This document shows positions 11,119-25,295 of a stretch of 64,000 bases of DNA, piece after piece. The DNA is from Takakia lepidozioides (lineage: Eukaryota; Plantae; Bryophyta), in contig CM060732.1 in the NCBI GenBank assembly GCA_030704615.1, positions 15,748,001-15,812,000 of the forward strand, read 5' to 3'. The notes under the pieces were generated by a model. That model saw only the letters and a program-made list of their open reading frames with translations. It made no database searches and was not told the DNA's origin. A program made the position numbers and the translations under genes. How positions within the stretch are numbered: position 1 is the first letter of the stretch; each line of letters starts with the position of its first letter.

Positions 11119-12021
11119 TCGCAGTGCCCACTAGCTTTTACCTCCCATCAGATTACGGTTACGCATTTCCTAAGTCTTATGCCAATATCTCTTCCCAACT
11201 ACACCAACTATATGTATCATTACCCATTCTTTAGACTCTGCTCCCCACGCATAGCCCTCTATGCTAACCCACATTCCCCGTCATGTTATATCCCCCACAG
11301 GTACCGTTTGCCATGTATTATTGCTCTCCCAATTGATACTTACCCACTAGCTCCTTGTGCCAATCCTATATTCATACGAATGGTTCTCTCCCCACGGAAC
11401 AGAATCTATGATGCCTAAATACTCAAAATCGCAGTGCCCCCTAGCTTTTATCTCCTAGCAGTTTACTGTCACACATTTCCTACGTTATATGCTTATATCT
11501 CTTCCCAGCTACACCAACTATATGTATCATTACCCATTCTTCAGACTCTGCTGCCCACGCATAGCCCTCTGTGCTAACCCACGTTCCCCTCCATGTTATA
11601 TCTCCCACAAGAACCTTTTGCCATGTTTTATTGCTCTCCCAATTGATACTTGGACCCCCTGGCTCCTTATGCCAATTCTATATTCATTCAAACGGTTCTC
11701 TCCCCACGGAACGGAATCTATGATGCCTAAATACCCAAGATCGCAGTGCCCCCTAGCTTTTATCTCCCAGCATTTTACTGTTACGCATTTCCTACGTCAT
11801 ATGCCAATATCTAACCCTAGCTACACCAACTATATTTATCATCATTACTCATTCATTGGACTCAGCTACCCATGCGTAGCCCTTAGTATTAACCCTCGTT
11901 CCCCTCCATGTTATATCCCCCACAGGCACCATTTGGCTTGTATTATTGCTCTCCCAATTGATACTTGGAACCCCTGGCTAATTGTGCCAAACCTATATTC
12001 TTACGAACGGTTCTCTCCCCA
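11119..12021. repeat. Tandem repeat, ~311-bp unit x ~3
   Basis: TCGCAGTGCCC(A/C)CTAGCTTTTA recurs at 11119, 11429 and 11741 with colinear downstream sequence. Confidence 0.92.
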
Positions 12022-12984
12022 AATCTTTGTACAGTGTCACGCAAAGCAACGACTACAAAAAATGTCACGGCAATCCTGCTACGTTCTACTCACAAATCTC
12101 CCCCCCCCCCCCCCCGGATCAATATAATCAATACCCCTAGGAAGGGTAAGGATACATTTACCCTTATCCTGATTTACCTGCACAACACTGGTTTGCACCT
12201 CCGATTCGAGTGTAAGTTTACAAAATACAAGGTATTTCTCCGTGAGATCATCCTCTACGTGTCCTACTGTTACTAAGCCTTGCTGCTCCCACATTTTCAC
12301 CAGGGAGAGGGAGAATCCCCGTCCATCTCATTTCTAACCTTCACAATAGCAGTCTGTGGGTGTCATCCATTATCCTTAGAATCTGGCTACCACACTTCCT
12401 GTCGGCCACAGTTGTTGAACTTGTACACTCTTTAGTTGTAATCCGTAGCCCTAGAGACAAAGTGTAATTTCTCCACATGTTCAGTTTGCAAAAAATATGC
12501 AGAAATTCATGTAAACAAGAAATCTTGAAAGCTGTCAATGCATTTGGCAACTCCAACACAGATTTGGACATTAAAACTTTTATCATGTAATCCTTCCAGT
12601 GAGTCTCTGCCCGCACACTAGCCAAGACTAGTCAATTCCTTACATTTCTACACAAACGGACAGCAGAGACATGTTCTTTCAAATGCAGCCTCATGAATAT
12701 TCTGTATGGCCTTGCCAGATAAAACTCCAGGGATTATGTCTGACATTAGTCACGCATCAACCCTGTTCCAAATTATGTCCAAGATTGTCCCTAGTCCGAC
12801 ATGATCCACAGTTTATTTACAGGTGCAAGAATGAGGTACAGGAAGATTCCCTAGAAGTAGCATGAAGAAGCTGTATGGCATTTACATGCAATTTACGAAG
12901 TTTGTAAATGCAGATCAAACAGAAATGTAACTAGCTGAGCAGATGTTTGAGACCAAAATGAGGTGTTCACCAAGGCTGGACACA

Positions 12985-15900
12985 TCAAAGAGGAGGAGGT
13001 GACAAAGGTCCCATCCCTCTGGAGGTTGAATCCATGAGTGCCACATCCAAGTCGGACATGGGTGCTGCAGACAGCCCACCATACCAGGAAATTTCCCCAA
13101 GTTAGAAAGCAGTTCCTGAACTCAGATGCTGTGCAGAACAGATCCAAATGTGAAGGAGATCACTTCCTACGGCTAAATAAAGAGAAAGAAAGGAAATTAA
13201 GCCCAATTTCAAGATGCTTATTGACATTCATGAAGCTTTATGATTGCATGTGAGTGTCCTGAACATACGAGTGTTGGACGGATATTAACTTTTTCAATAT
13301 CCGCCGGTTCCGGGTATTACCAACATGACAAACAGCGGATCTGGGTATGCATCCGGTTATTAAGTTTACGGCTGAGATCCACCAGGTACTGACCAGTATT
13401 GGGCGGATATTAACTTTTTTTAATATCCACCAGTTCCGGGTATTACCAACATGACAAACAGCAGATCCGGGTTTGCATCCGGTTATTAAGTTTAGGGCTG
13501 AGATCCGCCAGGTACTGACGGGTATTGGCTGGATATCTGCCGGGTATTACACCGGGTATAGAATTTTTCATGTTTTCATATCCGCCCGTTACGCATCTAA
13601 CCCGGATCCTAAAAAAAGCCGGTTCCGGGTTCGGATACATTGATATCTGGGTTGATATTGTGCTGTTGATATCCTGATGACTCTATGTCCGTCCAACACC
13701 GGAAAAAAAAATCCTTAAGCAACCCAAGGCCTAATTTTTGGCCCATTTTCTTGAACAACCACCAGATGGAGGGCACTGAGCCTCTGGTGAAGCTTCCCTG
13801 CACTGGCATACACCCAGCAAAAAATGCCAGAAGCTTCACACGCCCCTTGGACGTGTGTTCTACAAGCAGCTATTGGGTAAAGAATAGAGATAAGAAATGA
13901 GAGTCAGAGTACCCAGCAGGTCATCGTATGTCTCGCCAAAGTTAGCGAAGTCCAAAAGCAGTGGTGGCGAGGAAGGTTGCAGATCTGGGCCAAGAAGCTG
14001 TAATTCTGGCTCCGGTTTTCTGCTCCTAAATCTCTCCTCTGGCATAGTCCATTTATCAGCTCCAGAGGACTGCTGAGCTGAGCTTTTGCTGGCTGCTACA
14101 GCACCGCCTACTCTTTGCGTGCTTGCTACGAACTCTGCTCCATATCCACTGCTCTTTGAGACTAGTAACTTTCTCCCCCCTGTCTGACACTCCAAGGGCT
14201 GTGTATTCCCAGTGGCCATGAACACTGCCACTCTACTACTTTCAGAGCTGTTACCCCTGGGAGAAATAGGTGTGAAATAGTGTTCTGAACCAGAGTACCG
14301 AAGTCTCTCAGGAATGGTGTGGGGAGTACAGTTGGGCTTAGAAAGAGCAGCCTCACGAACAGCTTGTTTCAAAGATGCCAGCCCTTCGTCCCCCATATCT
14401 GCATGCCACCAGCGACATAAACACTTTCAAGGACAACTTCAGGTTACTGTAAAATGTATCACATTGAACAAGTGAATATATATTCGAAGCCATTCAAAAG
14501 TCCACCTACCAACCCTAGTTGCTGTATCAGTTCGAGGCAGTGTTTCTTTAAGCTATTTACATTGTGGTGCGAGTGGCATCTATGAGAACCTAAGTGGAGC
14601 ATGTATGGCGATGGTACAAAGTGCAGATTCAAAATAACTGGCGATGATATGAGATCTGGATCCTCCGTACTAACGTCCCTCCCTCCAGGATGGCTACAGG
14701 TGGCTCCCTCTTGCCGACCCTCTGGTGAAAAATGGGCCCACCAGATCAGGTTTTGGCAAAAATTCATCGTTTTTTCAACCTCGTTTCCTTTAACCCCTGT
14801 CGCCAGGACCTGCGCGAGGTCAAAATATTGGCGATATATCACCAATAGGGAATGGCTGGTTTGAGGGTTACTATTCTACTGTGTAGACTTCGGATATCAA
14901 AGATCAAGCACCCACAAAGCCCTGTGGGAAAGTGGTGCTTGTATATTCTTTCCCATTCAAAGGGATTCTTTCGAATGACAAGAATTATATGGCAGTCAGT
15001 CAGCAGCACTTTCATGGTTCTGCTTGTTCAATGTTAATGTCGCCTGATGCAGTGGACGCTAAGTTACAACATGAGAATGATTGTTGAAATTCATGATATA
15101 CAAGTGAGCCCTTGTTGAACCTAATGGTTGACAGCAGCAATACTGGGAAAATAATATGGAATGTAGGTACCCAGTGGTTCTTCAATGGCTGCATTTCCAG
15201 ATGCTGAACTGCCTGTCAAACTCTCCACTTCATGCAACCCCTCCATGGACTGAAATGAAGAAAAGCTGTTATTTTGGGGCTGCAGACGGCTAACTCTCTC
15301 CATGGAAACTGTCGAGGAGGATATGGACACATGGGGCAGTTTCAAATGAGGGCTGGGTGGCACCAGCTCCAAGTGCAGGGCCCCACTATTGCTGGCCTCT
15401 TCCACTCCTTGTTCTGTATTTGGTTCCTGCCACCAGAGATGTTTAGTTGTAAATAAGGTCAAACACAGCCATCTCTCTTCCTGTCCAAGCATTGCCCAAC
15501 AAGGACACTTGGCTAGAAGTATGTGGGAAGCACTCACTGTACAGTTGCTGCAGGCAAACACCAGCAGCTACTTCTAAACCAACTTTGCAAGAGCCTGTTT
15601 CATTCCAACCTTGGAAAGTGAGTCCATGTGCAGCAGAAGCACAGAAATGCCATAATGAAGTCCAACTCAACAGGCTGTGATATACATGCAGATAGTCCTG
15701 ACACTTGGCTTGCAGATGACCTGACTAAACAGACTCGGCTGTTGTGAAGAATCCCTTTGCATGACTCCATGGACTCTCTGGCAACGTCGGAGTCCATCGT
15801 TTCAAGCCACAGCCTCTTTTGTTCATATGCTTCTACTATTTTTGCTTTGTTGTTCGCCTATTCGTGGGAATGTTTGAGCGCGGGGAAGTGAGTTACATTG

Positions 15901-18900
15901 AGTTTACAGTGCAGACTTGAATGGAAGTATTTAGGTCTTTGCTAACAAGTACGACTCATTTAGCGGACACCAATTGAGAATCGGCCTTTCCCTTGTCACA
16001 CTGTCTTGTTCGAGGCTTGTCCTCCATATAGCATGTGTGGAATGGCATTGACAGCGGCATTTCAACCTTTTGGCACTAATAAAAAGCACAACACTACTCT
16101 GAAGAGGTAAGTACCCTTAAAGAGACTGCTGTATGGTGAGTTGGTGAAAAATCAATAAGAGCAGATTGGGCAGCATTGGAAGCAGATACAACATCAGGGT
16201 CATCCACTTGTTGGCGAAGACTTGCAATGGCTAACTCCATGCCCGGCATTGAGTCTTTCAACTGTTTCATAAGCACCTGCTCTCACAACGACAGATCACA
16301 CCACTTAAGTCATGCTCCACCGTAGAAAGTAGAGATTGTTAGTACCATAAACACTTGAAATACACACAAGACAGGGAAAGGACAGATGCACATCTGGTAA
16401 ATATAGACCCTGCAGGATACTTTCACCTGGAGCTCATTAAATGGGATTTACAACCAGGGTAGAAAACTCAATCAAATTGCTAACCCAGCCAGTAACAGTG
16501 TGGTTACAGTCTGTTGAGGGTTTGACATCACAGCGAGCACTCCACCACACTACAGATAACCACAAGTGCCGCTCCTGATTTCTAAGGAACCAAACAAAAG
16601 GTATTAAATTCCGCTGGGACTTGTACTTGATGCTGTCCTCATGGATCACTTTGTCAGTTTCCTGAAATCTACTTGGTCTTCCTTCCTCTTAGGCAGTACT
16701 TTGAAGAACCCAGTGTCCTTGAAAACTTACTTGCTCAGCCAACAGATGTAACTAACCTTTACATTAGCAAGGTGTTGTTGGTGCTCTGCCAGTGTGGCAT
16801 GCAGAGCATGTGCATGCCCATCCTCCCCACTGTCCAGGGCATCTTTCATGAACTCTGGGCCTGCTCCATCATTTGATCTTGCCTTGAACAACCCAAGAAA
16901 CCTACGATAAGTCGACCCCTTTAAGGAAGTTGGAGGCTTAAGCCAGAGCTCTTCAACTGCACAGTGTTGCATAATATATTTCAGGCCAAAACCACCAGTT
17001 TCAACAGACAGGTTATGCTGATCTACCGTCCACAGCGGGGTGCTAGGACAGAACTTTGCTTAACTGACTGCTGGAAGGTGGTTTGAATGCTGATTGCGAC
17101 AAACAACAAAGTTTCTGCATTAGCAGCTGTTTTCGTTATAGAAACACAAGCTGCCAGATATGATGTTTGACTTTAACCTCTCCTGGATGGAAAGGTTCAG
17201 CAAGGGAGTCATGTCAACTGGAGCAGAGCGCGCATATACCAGACGGACAGTTTGCTTATGAATCCGCTGTAATGCATGGGTCCACCGGCGTAGGACCTCA
17301 GCAACATCCAATGCAGGTGTGCCTTTGACAGATCTATCATCCACTCTATTGTGCATGTCGTCATTTAGCAGTCCTTCAGTGGGTGGCCTGTTACTATGAA
17401 CCATTTGCATCCCTTCCTCGTCAAACCTGAGCCTTTGGTTTGCATCATCAGGTAAAGAGGCCGGAGTCAAGTCCCCCTGGATGCCACTTGAGCCACGATC
17501 CATCGCTGCACGAAGTACTGCTCCATCTATCCGATACCTGCATGAGGTTTATATTTCCAGGGGATGACTTATCTGACTGGCCCAACATTCGTCACCACAG
17601 CTCCATCATTTTGACGTTGGCACTTCCTTTGACCTCAACACTGAACAATCAGCTAAGAACCCAACCACTAAGCAAATCTGAACATTCTTCCATGATTGCA
17701 GAACAGCCTGTTGGCAACTGCTCACAGCAGGGGGCTTTCAAGGCTCCAAAAAGCCAACCCAAGGATGGAATGGAAAACAGTGAGGGTGACCTAGATTCAG
17801 TCATGGAGATGAAGCTGAAGACGACAAGCAGGTGGCTATACCTTTTCCACCAAAGAAAAGTAACAACAATGCAAACAGGTCTGTTAGCATTTCCAACAAC
17901 TTGCCTTACGGATGGTATAGCTTGAATCTTGTCACCCAATCCATTGGGCCCACAGTGGTCTCTCTGCATACTTCTAAGAGTATCAGAGGAGCCCACCTAC
18001 CATTTTTAGTCAACCTGTACTGCTCTGCTGGGAGTTGTACTGACACTAGCAAGCCAATGGTCTTTCCTGGGAGGTAAATTAGGTCCAGTAGGGTGCATGC
18101 CTTGCGTGTAGGCAGCAGCCTGCCACTGGGGCCATTCATCGAAGTCTTCTGATTTTTTCACAGGCCTTCACCCATGGAGATATCTACAAACTCTGTTGCA
18201 AACCCAACAGGGATAGTATATCTCAGCCTAATTCAAAGCAGGGTCTGCTCAAGATTATGCAACAGTAGGGGTTCACGTACTAAATATTTCAATACCTGTG
18301 CTCTCGGTGCGCAATCAGGTCCTCAATGGGTCCTGATGCCAGCTTTGCATTCCGTTCTGCAATGTACAGGGATAGTATCATTAGGTTCCCCTTTCTCTGA
18401 ATCTATTAGTGTGCATGCAATTATAATATAGTATTCAAATAGTGCCAATTTCAGACAGTCTGATCAATTTTCAAGTCGGTTGATTGGTTCCTTTTCAGAA
18501 CAAAGGCTCATTGGTAGGACACAGGGCCTTAGTAAGTTTGATGGCACATGCATCCATGTGGAGAGCTATACTGCATGCTGCACCCAGACACTGGAGCTGG
18601 CAGCATTAATTCTTTAACAAGATTGGCTGTATCATCAGAAGGCTAGACATGCTAAGTTTGCACTAGATTTGAGTCATAACAGAATAAAAGCCACCATATT
18701 TGTCACATGCCACAGCCCAGCAGCAGAAGCAACCCCTTTCAAAGAAGGTTCAGTCAAGTAGGCTTCAGTAGCACACACCAAAAAACTCCTGAAACTTCAA
18801 ATTAAAATTCTCCTGCGACAAAAACTGCTGTTACACAATGTCGAAATTCGAATTTCCATGTTTATGGACACAAAATGTTTTTAGCCTACAAAGACTACTC

Positions 18901-21900
18901 AAACAAAATAATTGGGGCAACAAGTGTTCATACCTGCGTGAGCCAAGAGGGATTCCCATAGCTGAGTAGCTCTAGCAACGGGAATTACCCTTGGATCTGT
19001 GGCCAGTGCTCTGAGATCACCCGCAGGGCTTTCCTCTGAAATTGCTTTTCCATCCTGCGGATCTTGTAGCTTTTCCAGCTCCTGATGCAAATAGGCCTGC
19101 CATTTCCTTGCCAGATTACTTCAGAGCTGTGAACATAGATTGTAGCAAACACCATAAGGCTTATTTAGGACAGAGGCAACCACTGATAATGGGATGAAAC
19201 AGGAAATGAAGCCCCCAGAACTTTCCTTCTAGTATATAACAGCATAAGCATCGTGCTAAGGAAGGAAATTTTCAGCTGCTTTTCACATTCTAAAGACAAA
19301 AAAAATCATTTGTTTGCAAGGCAGTGAGCTTTACACATGAATGCTTCACAATTCTGCCTGCTAGACAGACTCTAAAGGCCATTACAGCCCAAGATTGACA
19401 ACCCAATTCAGCACTGGGTATCATTTTGGGTTGTTGTCAAGAGTGCCCCACATGCACTAGAATCCAAATGAATGAAAGCCCAATCTCCTGCATGTGCCAA
19501 GTGCTGAGATGCCATGTGAGGAGCCAAGTTTGAAAACTCGATGCATGAGGCACTACAGGAGGAGAGGCAGTGCGACATCAGGATGCCTGTCAGGTTGAAA
19601 TTGAGAACCCGGGACTTGGGGACCTGCGCTGGTTTCTCGATTTATGCTGACTTGGGTGACAACTAGGCGTAGAGGCTACGAAGCCCAACTTCAAAATTTC
19701 AATAAATTGGCATTTCCAACATCAACTTGGGATTCTCGCTACGGCTGTATGTGAAGTGGTCCTAATTTACCATCAAAACCTCGCCTTGGAGGTCATCACC
19801 CTACACAATTTACTAAATTACAAAGGTATTGCAATAGGAATCAACCATTTGGACAACAAAGGCTCATGCATGCAGAAGTCAAGATACCAACCTTGTCATG
19901 AACACTATATTTGACAAAATCTGGTGGACTGGGGTCACAAATATCTGGATTGTTGTTGCTGGGGCTTCACTACGTACCATAGGGAGCCAGGCCCAGCTTC
20001 GCACGATAGCTCTCTCAGCAAGCCAACCCACATATCTGCAGGCTATGTGAACTATTCCCACTTTGTAGGCACAGCCACGGCTTGAGATGCCAGTGAAATG
20101 ACCTATCTATACTGCAAGCACAGCTTTCATTAGAACAAGTGCCAAAGCCACTGGGTACCTCCTCGGCACACAAAGAACGGTACTCAGCAGTCATGTCATG
20201 AGCCAGGCTCGACCAGATGCTCTGCCTCCGGACTGCTGTTGCTGCCCCTTCTAAGAATCTCCGTCGCTCTAACGCAATCCGAGCCTGCTCCCATTCCAAA
20301 TACTCCTCAATTGCATAACACCTTTGATCAGACAAGACTTAATGTGATGAGGCAAGGCAACATCCTTTGAAGCATTTGCCTCCTACAGAGCCCTCCAATT
20401 TATATGTATATCCCTTATTCCATCCTTCAAATAAAGCCCATCATAATAAATAGAATTGCATCTTCTTGATTAGTCTTGAGAAGAATAAGCACTTATGAAC
20501 AGACATGGCAGGGTAAATTTTAAATAATTATTTTTGTTGACCCACATCAACACGCTCCTATCTACAAGTACTCAGCTAACACCCACAATGAGTACGAGCC
20601 CTGATTCAAGCTTCAAGGTAGGCACTGCCTACACATTAGGAAGCACAGGTACATCTGGTCATCCCACCATCTGCCATAAAAAAAGTAATGCTCTGAGGTA
20701 GTGACAGTTTAGACAAAGAACAGCTATGTCAGACTAGCCTTGAGAGTCAGGAGGTGGATTCCCCAAACAAAACTTATACCTTGGTGACTCCAAGAAGGGC
20801 AGCTGCATGCGAATTTTGAGAGACAACTTCTGTCAAGGAGGCTGGTAAAGGATTGGTTGCCACATCAGTAGGAAAAGTGCGCCTGTGCACCTCTCGCAAT
20901 GCATGTGCTGACAGTTGCCACAACAGCTCCACAAATCTACACGATCCACCAATTGCATTGATGAGTTTCAATCTGACAATTTGATGATTTAAGCTTATGT
21001 CCATGCAAATGGCATGGCGGTGTGGGACAGCTCATTTATTGGCAGCAAAGGAGTGGCCAAGTCATGAACCACATTCCTCTGACTTGAACAATTGCATTGC
21101 ACTCTTTGTGCAGGCATCAACCTTTACCCATGGAATGATCTGCATACCCAACCCAGATGCTACCATCTGAAGGCCACCTTCACATCACCTCAGATTAAGT
21201 CTGGCAGCTTGTTTTGAAGAAGCATGTTTGAAGTCTCAGAAAAAGATAAGAAATGTGAACTGTACCTTTGTCCACAGCAGGTGGCCAATGATGAAACACG
21301 TGAATTGCTGCGGGGCAAGGCTCCTTGGGCTTCAAGGTCATTGATCAGCCCTTGTACTATCTGCATTACAATGGACACAGACAAATGAGCTACTTGATGA
21401 TCTCTTCAGCAGCAAGTAGAACCCATTAAAGACAGGAAGGGCAGCAAAAGAAGATTTTCATGACAACCGGCCATTGCTGGATCAGGCTATTTGCAACCCA
21501 GGTGTGAAAGCACAAGCTCTGTACCATAATTACTATGAACTTTGTCTCCTTTGCTGCTTGCTGTAAAGGAAGTATATAAACCACCCCAAAGCATTTCAAA
21601 AGGTGCACATCTTCACAAGTCCAAAGAGAAAGCCTCACTTTGCGGAAGTCGCGAGATTGCGCAGCATCAAAGATGGGCCACACTCCAGCAAAGTCCTGTT
21701 CCCTCCACACAATGCAATTGATTGCTTACTAAGAACCACGGGTGTAAAGGATATTTGATGGAGTGAACCAAAGGGGAATTGAGAAGTGCAAGTCTTCAAA
21801 GTAACATGTGCATCACCATTATGCAGTTGACACAAAACCTGGAAGCTTCTCTATAATCCAAGAAATGAAAAACATTGAATCAGATGTGGTTACTGTTCCA

Positions 21901-22530
21901 TCATCTTCTTGCAGATCTGATACTTCTTGAAGATGATGTGTTAAGACAATGTCTGGAGGCACGCGATGAATGTAGGTTGCTGGTGATCCCATTCCATGAT
22001 ATATATAGAGAGAGAGAGGGATATACATATGTATCCATATCACAAGGGGGACAGCCACTGCTGCAGAAACCCAACATTACATCATGATAAGTGATGTCAG
22101 ATCCCCGGAGAATTGCAAACCTTTAATTTCGAGATATTGATCCGACGTTAAATATCAGTTTGGAAGGGTGACGAAATGCACATTACACAGTAAATGCAAC
22201 CCTGAAACTGGAGCGAGTATGACATGGAGTAGAGAAGAGAAATGCCTTGGCAGAAAGATATGGGCCCCGCAAGGCACACAAAAGGAAATGAAGGAGAGCT
22301 TCTCCTACTCGTGGATTGGAATGCCTGAAGAGACCTGCACGCGTGCCAGCTCCCGGCCCAAGCACGGAAGCATCTAGCCCCAACAGCAAGCAATTGGCAT
22401 AGAGTGCTGCTTCCATCTCTCCCTCTTTCTCTTTCTCCTTTTCCTTTTCCTTCTCTCGGTCTCGCTCCTTCTCTTTCTCTCTCTCTTTCTCTCTCTCTTT
22501 TTCTTTGAGCAGAGCCGTGAGGGCCTCCAT
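12985..22530 (-). CDS. AUG6: AUGMIN subunit 6 (HAUS6) homologue, ~14 coding exons
   Basis: Exons 22246-22530, 21639-21695, 21266-21360, 20780-20936, 20159-20284, 18934-19096, 18296-18356, 17240-17537, 16757-16882, 16115-16276, ~15705-15857 (donor uncertain), 15171-15426, 13913-14398, 12985-13064; phases are consistent. Hallmark peptides: [111 protein letters not shown]. Confidence 0.95.
13271..13699. mobile_element. MITE-like insertion in the last AUG6 intron
   Basis: 12-bp terminal inverted repeat GTGTTGGACGGA (13271) / TCCGTCCAACAC (13688-13699). Internal ATCCG/CCGG motifs and a ~125-bp internal tandem duplication. Confidence 0.7.
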
Positions 22531-23715
22531 GACGTCTGGTGTGGTCCACTGTGAACAGATGTTCGCAATGGTAACAGACAGTGCGAGGACCCGCTATGGT
22601 GATAGTACAGGTAAAAATGGGACAATGCTGCACCCCGGTCTTCTCCACTGCCAGGAAAACCGTGTGCCACCCAAGTACAAGAGTTTCCTGCTATTGAAAG
22701 CGTCAGAAAACAGAAACGAGGATAAAGATCCACCCTAAAAACTCGGCAACCGGACAAGGCACAAGTGCCAAGGTTTCTACAAACCAAAAACAAATGAAAA
22801 GGTGCTGCAGGTTCGTCTAGCGTCTTGCTTTGAGATACCAACAATATACGTCAATTTCCACTGACAAAGAAATAGCAGAAAATCCTCTGAAGGTGACGAT
22901 CCACACTACAGCTTTGATGCAGGGCTGAAAAGCTCAAAGCTCGATAGCGGGCCAAACACACTATTTGGGACCTACCAAGCTTACAAAACAAGGACTTCAC
23001 TTCTACCGAGAAGAATGGCCTCGAATCCAGGCGATTAATAGAGATATATGCAAAGATGCAGGAGTGCGAAAAGCTGTTGCATTCAAAGGCAAACACGAAT
23101 CGCTCACTTCGAGGCTGTAAGAATGGTTCTGCTGCCGACTCTCCCTCTGCGACCAGCGCCAGATTTGCGTTTAGCCACACCGCCAAAATGGCCATGGCTT
23201 TCTCTCTGTGCCAACACCATGTACCAAAACCCTCATGCCTTTATTCCAGGTTAGTCAGGGTTTACACAAAAAGTTAGTGTGCGCTAAAACCGCGCTAGTT
23301 TGGAGGCAGCTGAATTAGTGGCATCGTTCGCGGCTGCACATACGTGGCAGTGAGGCGGTACAGTAGCTACTGCTATGCATACCGCAGCTCACTCTCTCTG
23401 CACTTTATTATTTGTTTTTGTGCCGGCTTGCAAATCTACGAAGACTGTGCGGTTGATCGAGGACTCCGCGATGATCGTTTATGGAATACTTTTTGACCAC
23501 AAACCCTGTCCCTGTTCCGCCCGTCGCTGTCCCCTGTCACTCCCATAACAAACCCTGTCACACCCATAACAACATCAACTCGATGTTCTTCACAACAAGT
23601 TGTTATGGGTGCAGATGTGGTCAAAAAGTAATCACTAAGTGTGTACCATTTGACCACATCTACACCCTTCAATACATCAACGTGAGGTGCCACAAGATGC
23701 TTCAAACCAAAGCAT

Positions 23716-24041
23716 CTTCCCAAATATGCTTCTCTTTAAAGCATCTTCCAAATATGCTTTCATACTTGTTAACAACCAATGGTGGTTGTTAACAAGTATG
23801 GAAAAAAATAAAAAATAAATAAAAATATGATGCCTCTCGAAGAGAGCGTAACTTATGGAGTCACTTCACTCCCAAGGGCTACCTGCCTTCCTAGCGTGGA
23901 CACCGTCATAACACACCAAATTGTGGTTTGAACCCACGACCACATCCAACATAATATGTGCCCATGACCATTGGACTACATGCTGGTTGTCATATGAAGG
24001 CATATTTGGAAGATGCTTTAAAGAGAAGCATATTTGGGAAG
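23716..24041. repeat. Near-perfect foldback palindrome (~66-bp arms) interrupted by a SINE
   Basis: CTTCCCAAATATGC...TTCATACTTGTTAACAACCA-atgg-TGGTTGTTAACAAGTATG[SINE]AAGGCATATTTGG...TTTGGGAAG. Confidence 0.85.
23802..23991 (-). mobile_element. tRNA-derived SINE family A, copy 1 (T-rich tail)
   Basis: Minus strand has box A TAGTCCAATGG, box B GGTTCAAACC and a T-rich tail. Second copy at 54070-54246. Confidence 0.82.
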
Positions 24042-24589
24042 GGTTGTTATGAATAACAACTGGTTGTTCCGAACAACTCGTTGTTAACAACCACTTGTTC
24101 CGAACAACCCACTTGTTAACAACTAGTTGTTTCCAACATCCCACTTGTTATTAACCTGCTTGTTCCCAACAACCCACTTGTTCCCAACCTACTGTCCATT
24201 TCCAGGAGGCATTCATATTCATTACATGGTCATGCCACCCATATCATGTCATATTATCAGATCCATGATTTTCAGATGCCTATGTAGATCTCATGCCACA
24301 CATGAGTATTTTATTGCCCCGCACATCCAATTGCCACTCTGCATGAAGTGGGGCCCACGGGCCCGCTCGGGCGTCAAACTGCCACAACCCGGATTGGGGT
24401 GAAACTATTGTTGCGCTCCGACATCCGAGACACATATGTTGGGAACCAAGTGGGAACAAAACATAGTTCAAACACCAGAAGAAACAACATTGGAGTTGGG
24501 GACCGCACACACAGGCTTTGGCTGAAATGCAACTTAGCCAAGTGTGTGCTTGCCATCAGGAAACTATACTGGAATATCGATTAATTTAT

Positions 24590-25295
24590 AGACATTTTGT
24601 TGGTAACGTTTGAGAGATGTCCTCCCATTCGGGGTTAGGGATGTGAAATGATGATGACAACATGCTTATTGAAGAAGTTGATGGCATCACAATTTTTTTT
24701 TGAAACATTCTGTCACGACTCGCTTATCTATAAAACCCGTATTCGTCCAAATCTATATTTCCTTCAACGTTGTTAACAACTTCTCTGCTTGCCTCCGATG
24801 GCTCTTATGTTGATGGTGTCAATGTGGAACAATCGTAAATGCAACAATCCAAAAGCATAAAACGAAAAATGGTATGTTTGTGAGACTGCCACATGCTTAT
24901 TGTAGAAGTTGATTGTGGATTGTTTGTGAGACCGCCACATGCTTATTGAAGAAGTTGATTGTTGATTTGCGCATGTGCAATTTTGTCATTGTAAGTTTGT
25001 TCAATTGAAATTCGAGTTTTCTGCATATTTCACAAAGCGACTGCAATTTGAAATTTTGGCACATCGGCATACGTTACAAAAATGTCGTCCCTTCCCTTCG
25101 GGTTTAGGGACGTGAAATGATGACGACAACTGTGACAACATTTGACCATCATGGCAACACACAAAAATATATTGAAACGTGATGTCTCATCGCAAGCTAA
25201 TGTATAATCCCCTATTCGTCCAAATCTATACTTCCTTCAACGTTGCTAACAGCTCCTTTGGTTGCCTCCGATGGCTCTTCTGTTGATGTTGTCGA
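24590..25295. repeat. Imperfect ~470-bp tandem duplication
   Basis: TTAGGGA(T/C)GTGAAATGATGA(T/C)GACAAC at ~24635 and ~25104; TATTCGTCCAAATCTATA..CCTTCAACGTTG at ~24740 and ~25213. Confidence 0.75.

Noticed and set aside
11071-12127. 115- and 212-aa ORFs
   Set aside because: Translations of the 311-bp tandem repeat with no recognisable domain.
19551-19560. CACTACAGGA as the left TIR partner of the CACTA end at 48231
   Set aside because: Only a 10-bp match, no subterminal repeats, flanks (AGG vs GGA) give no 3-bp TSD, and it lies inside an intron of an intact gene.
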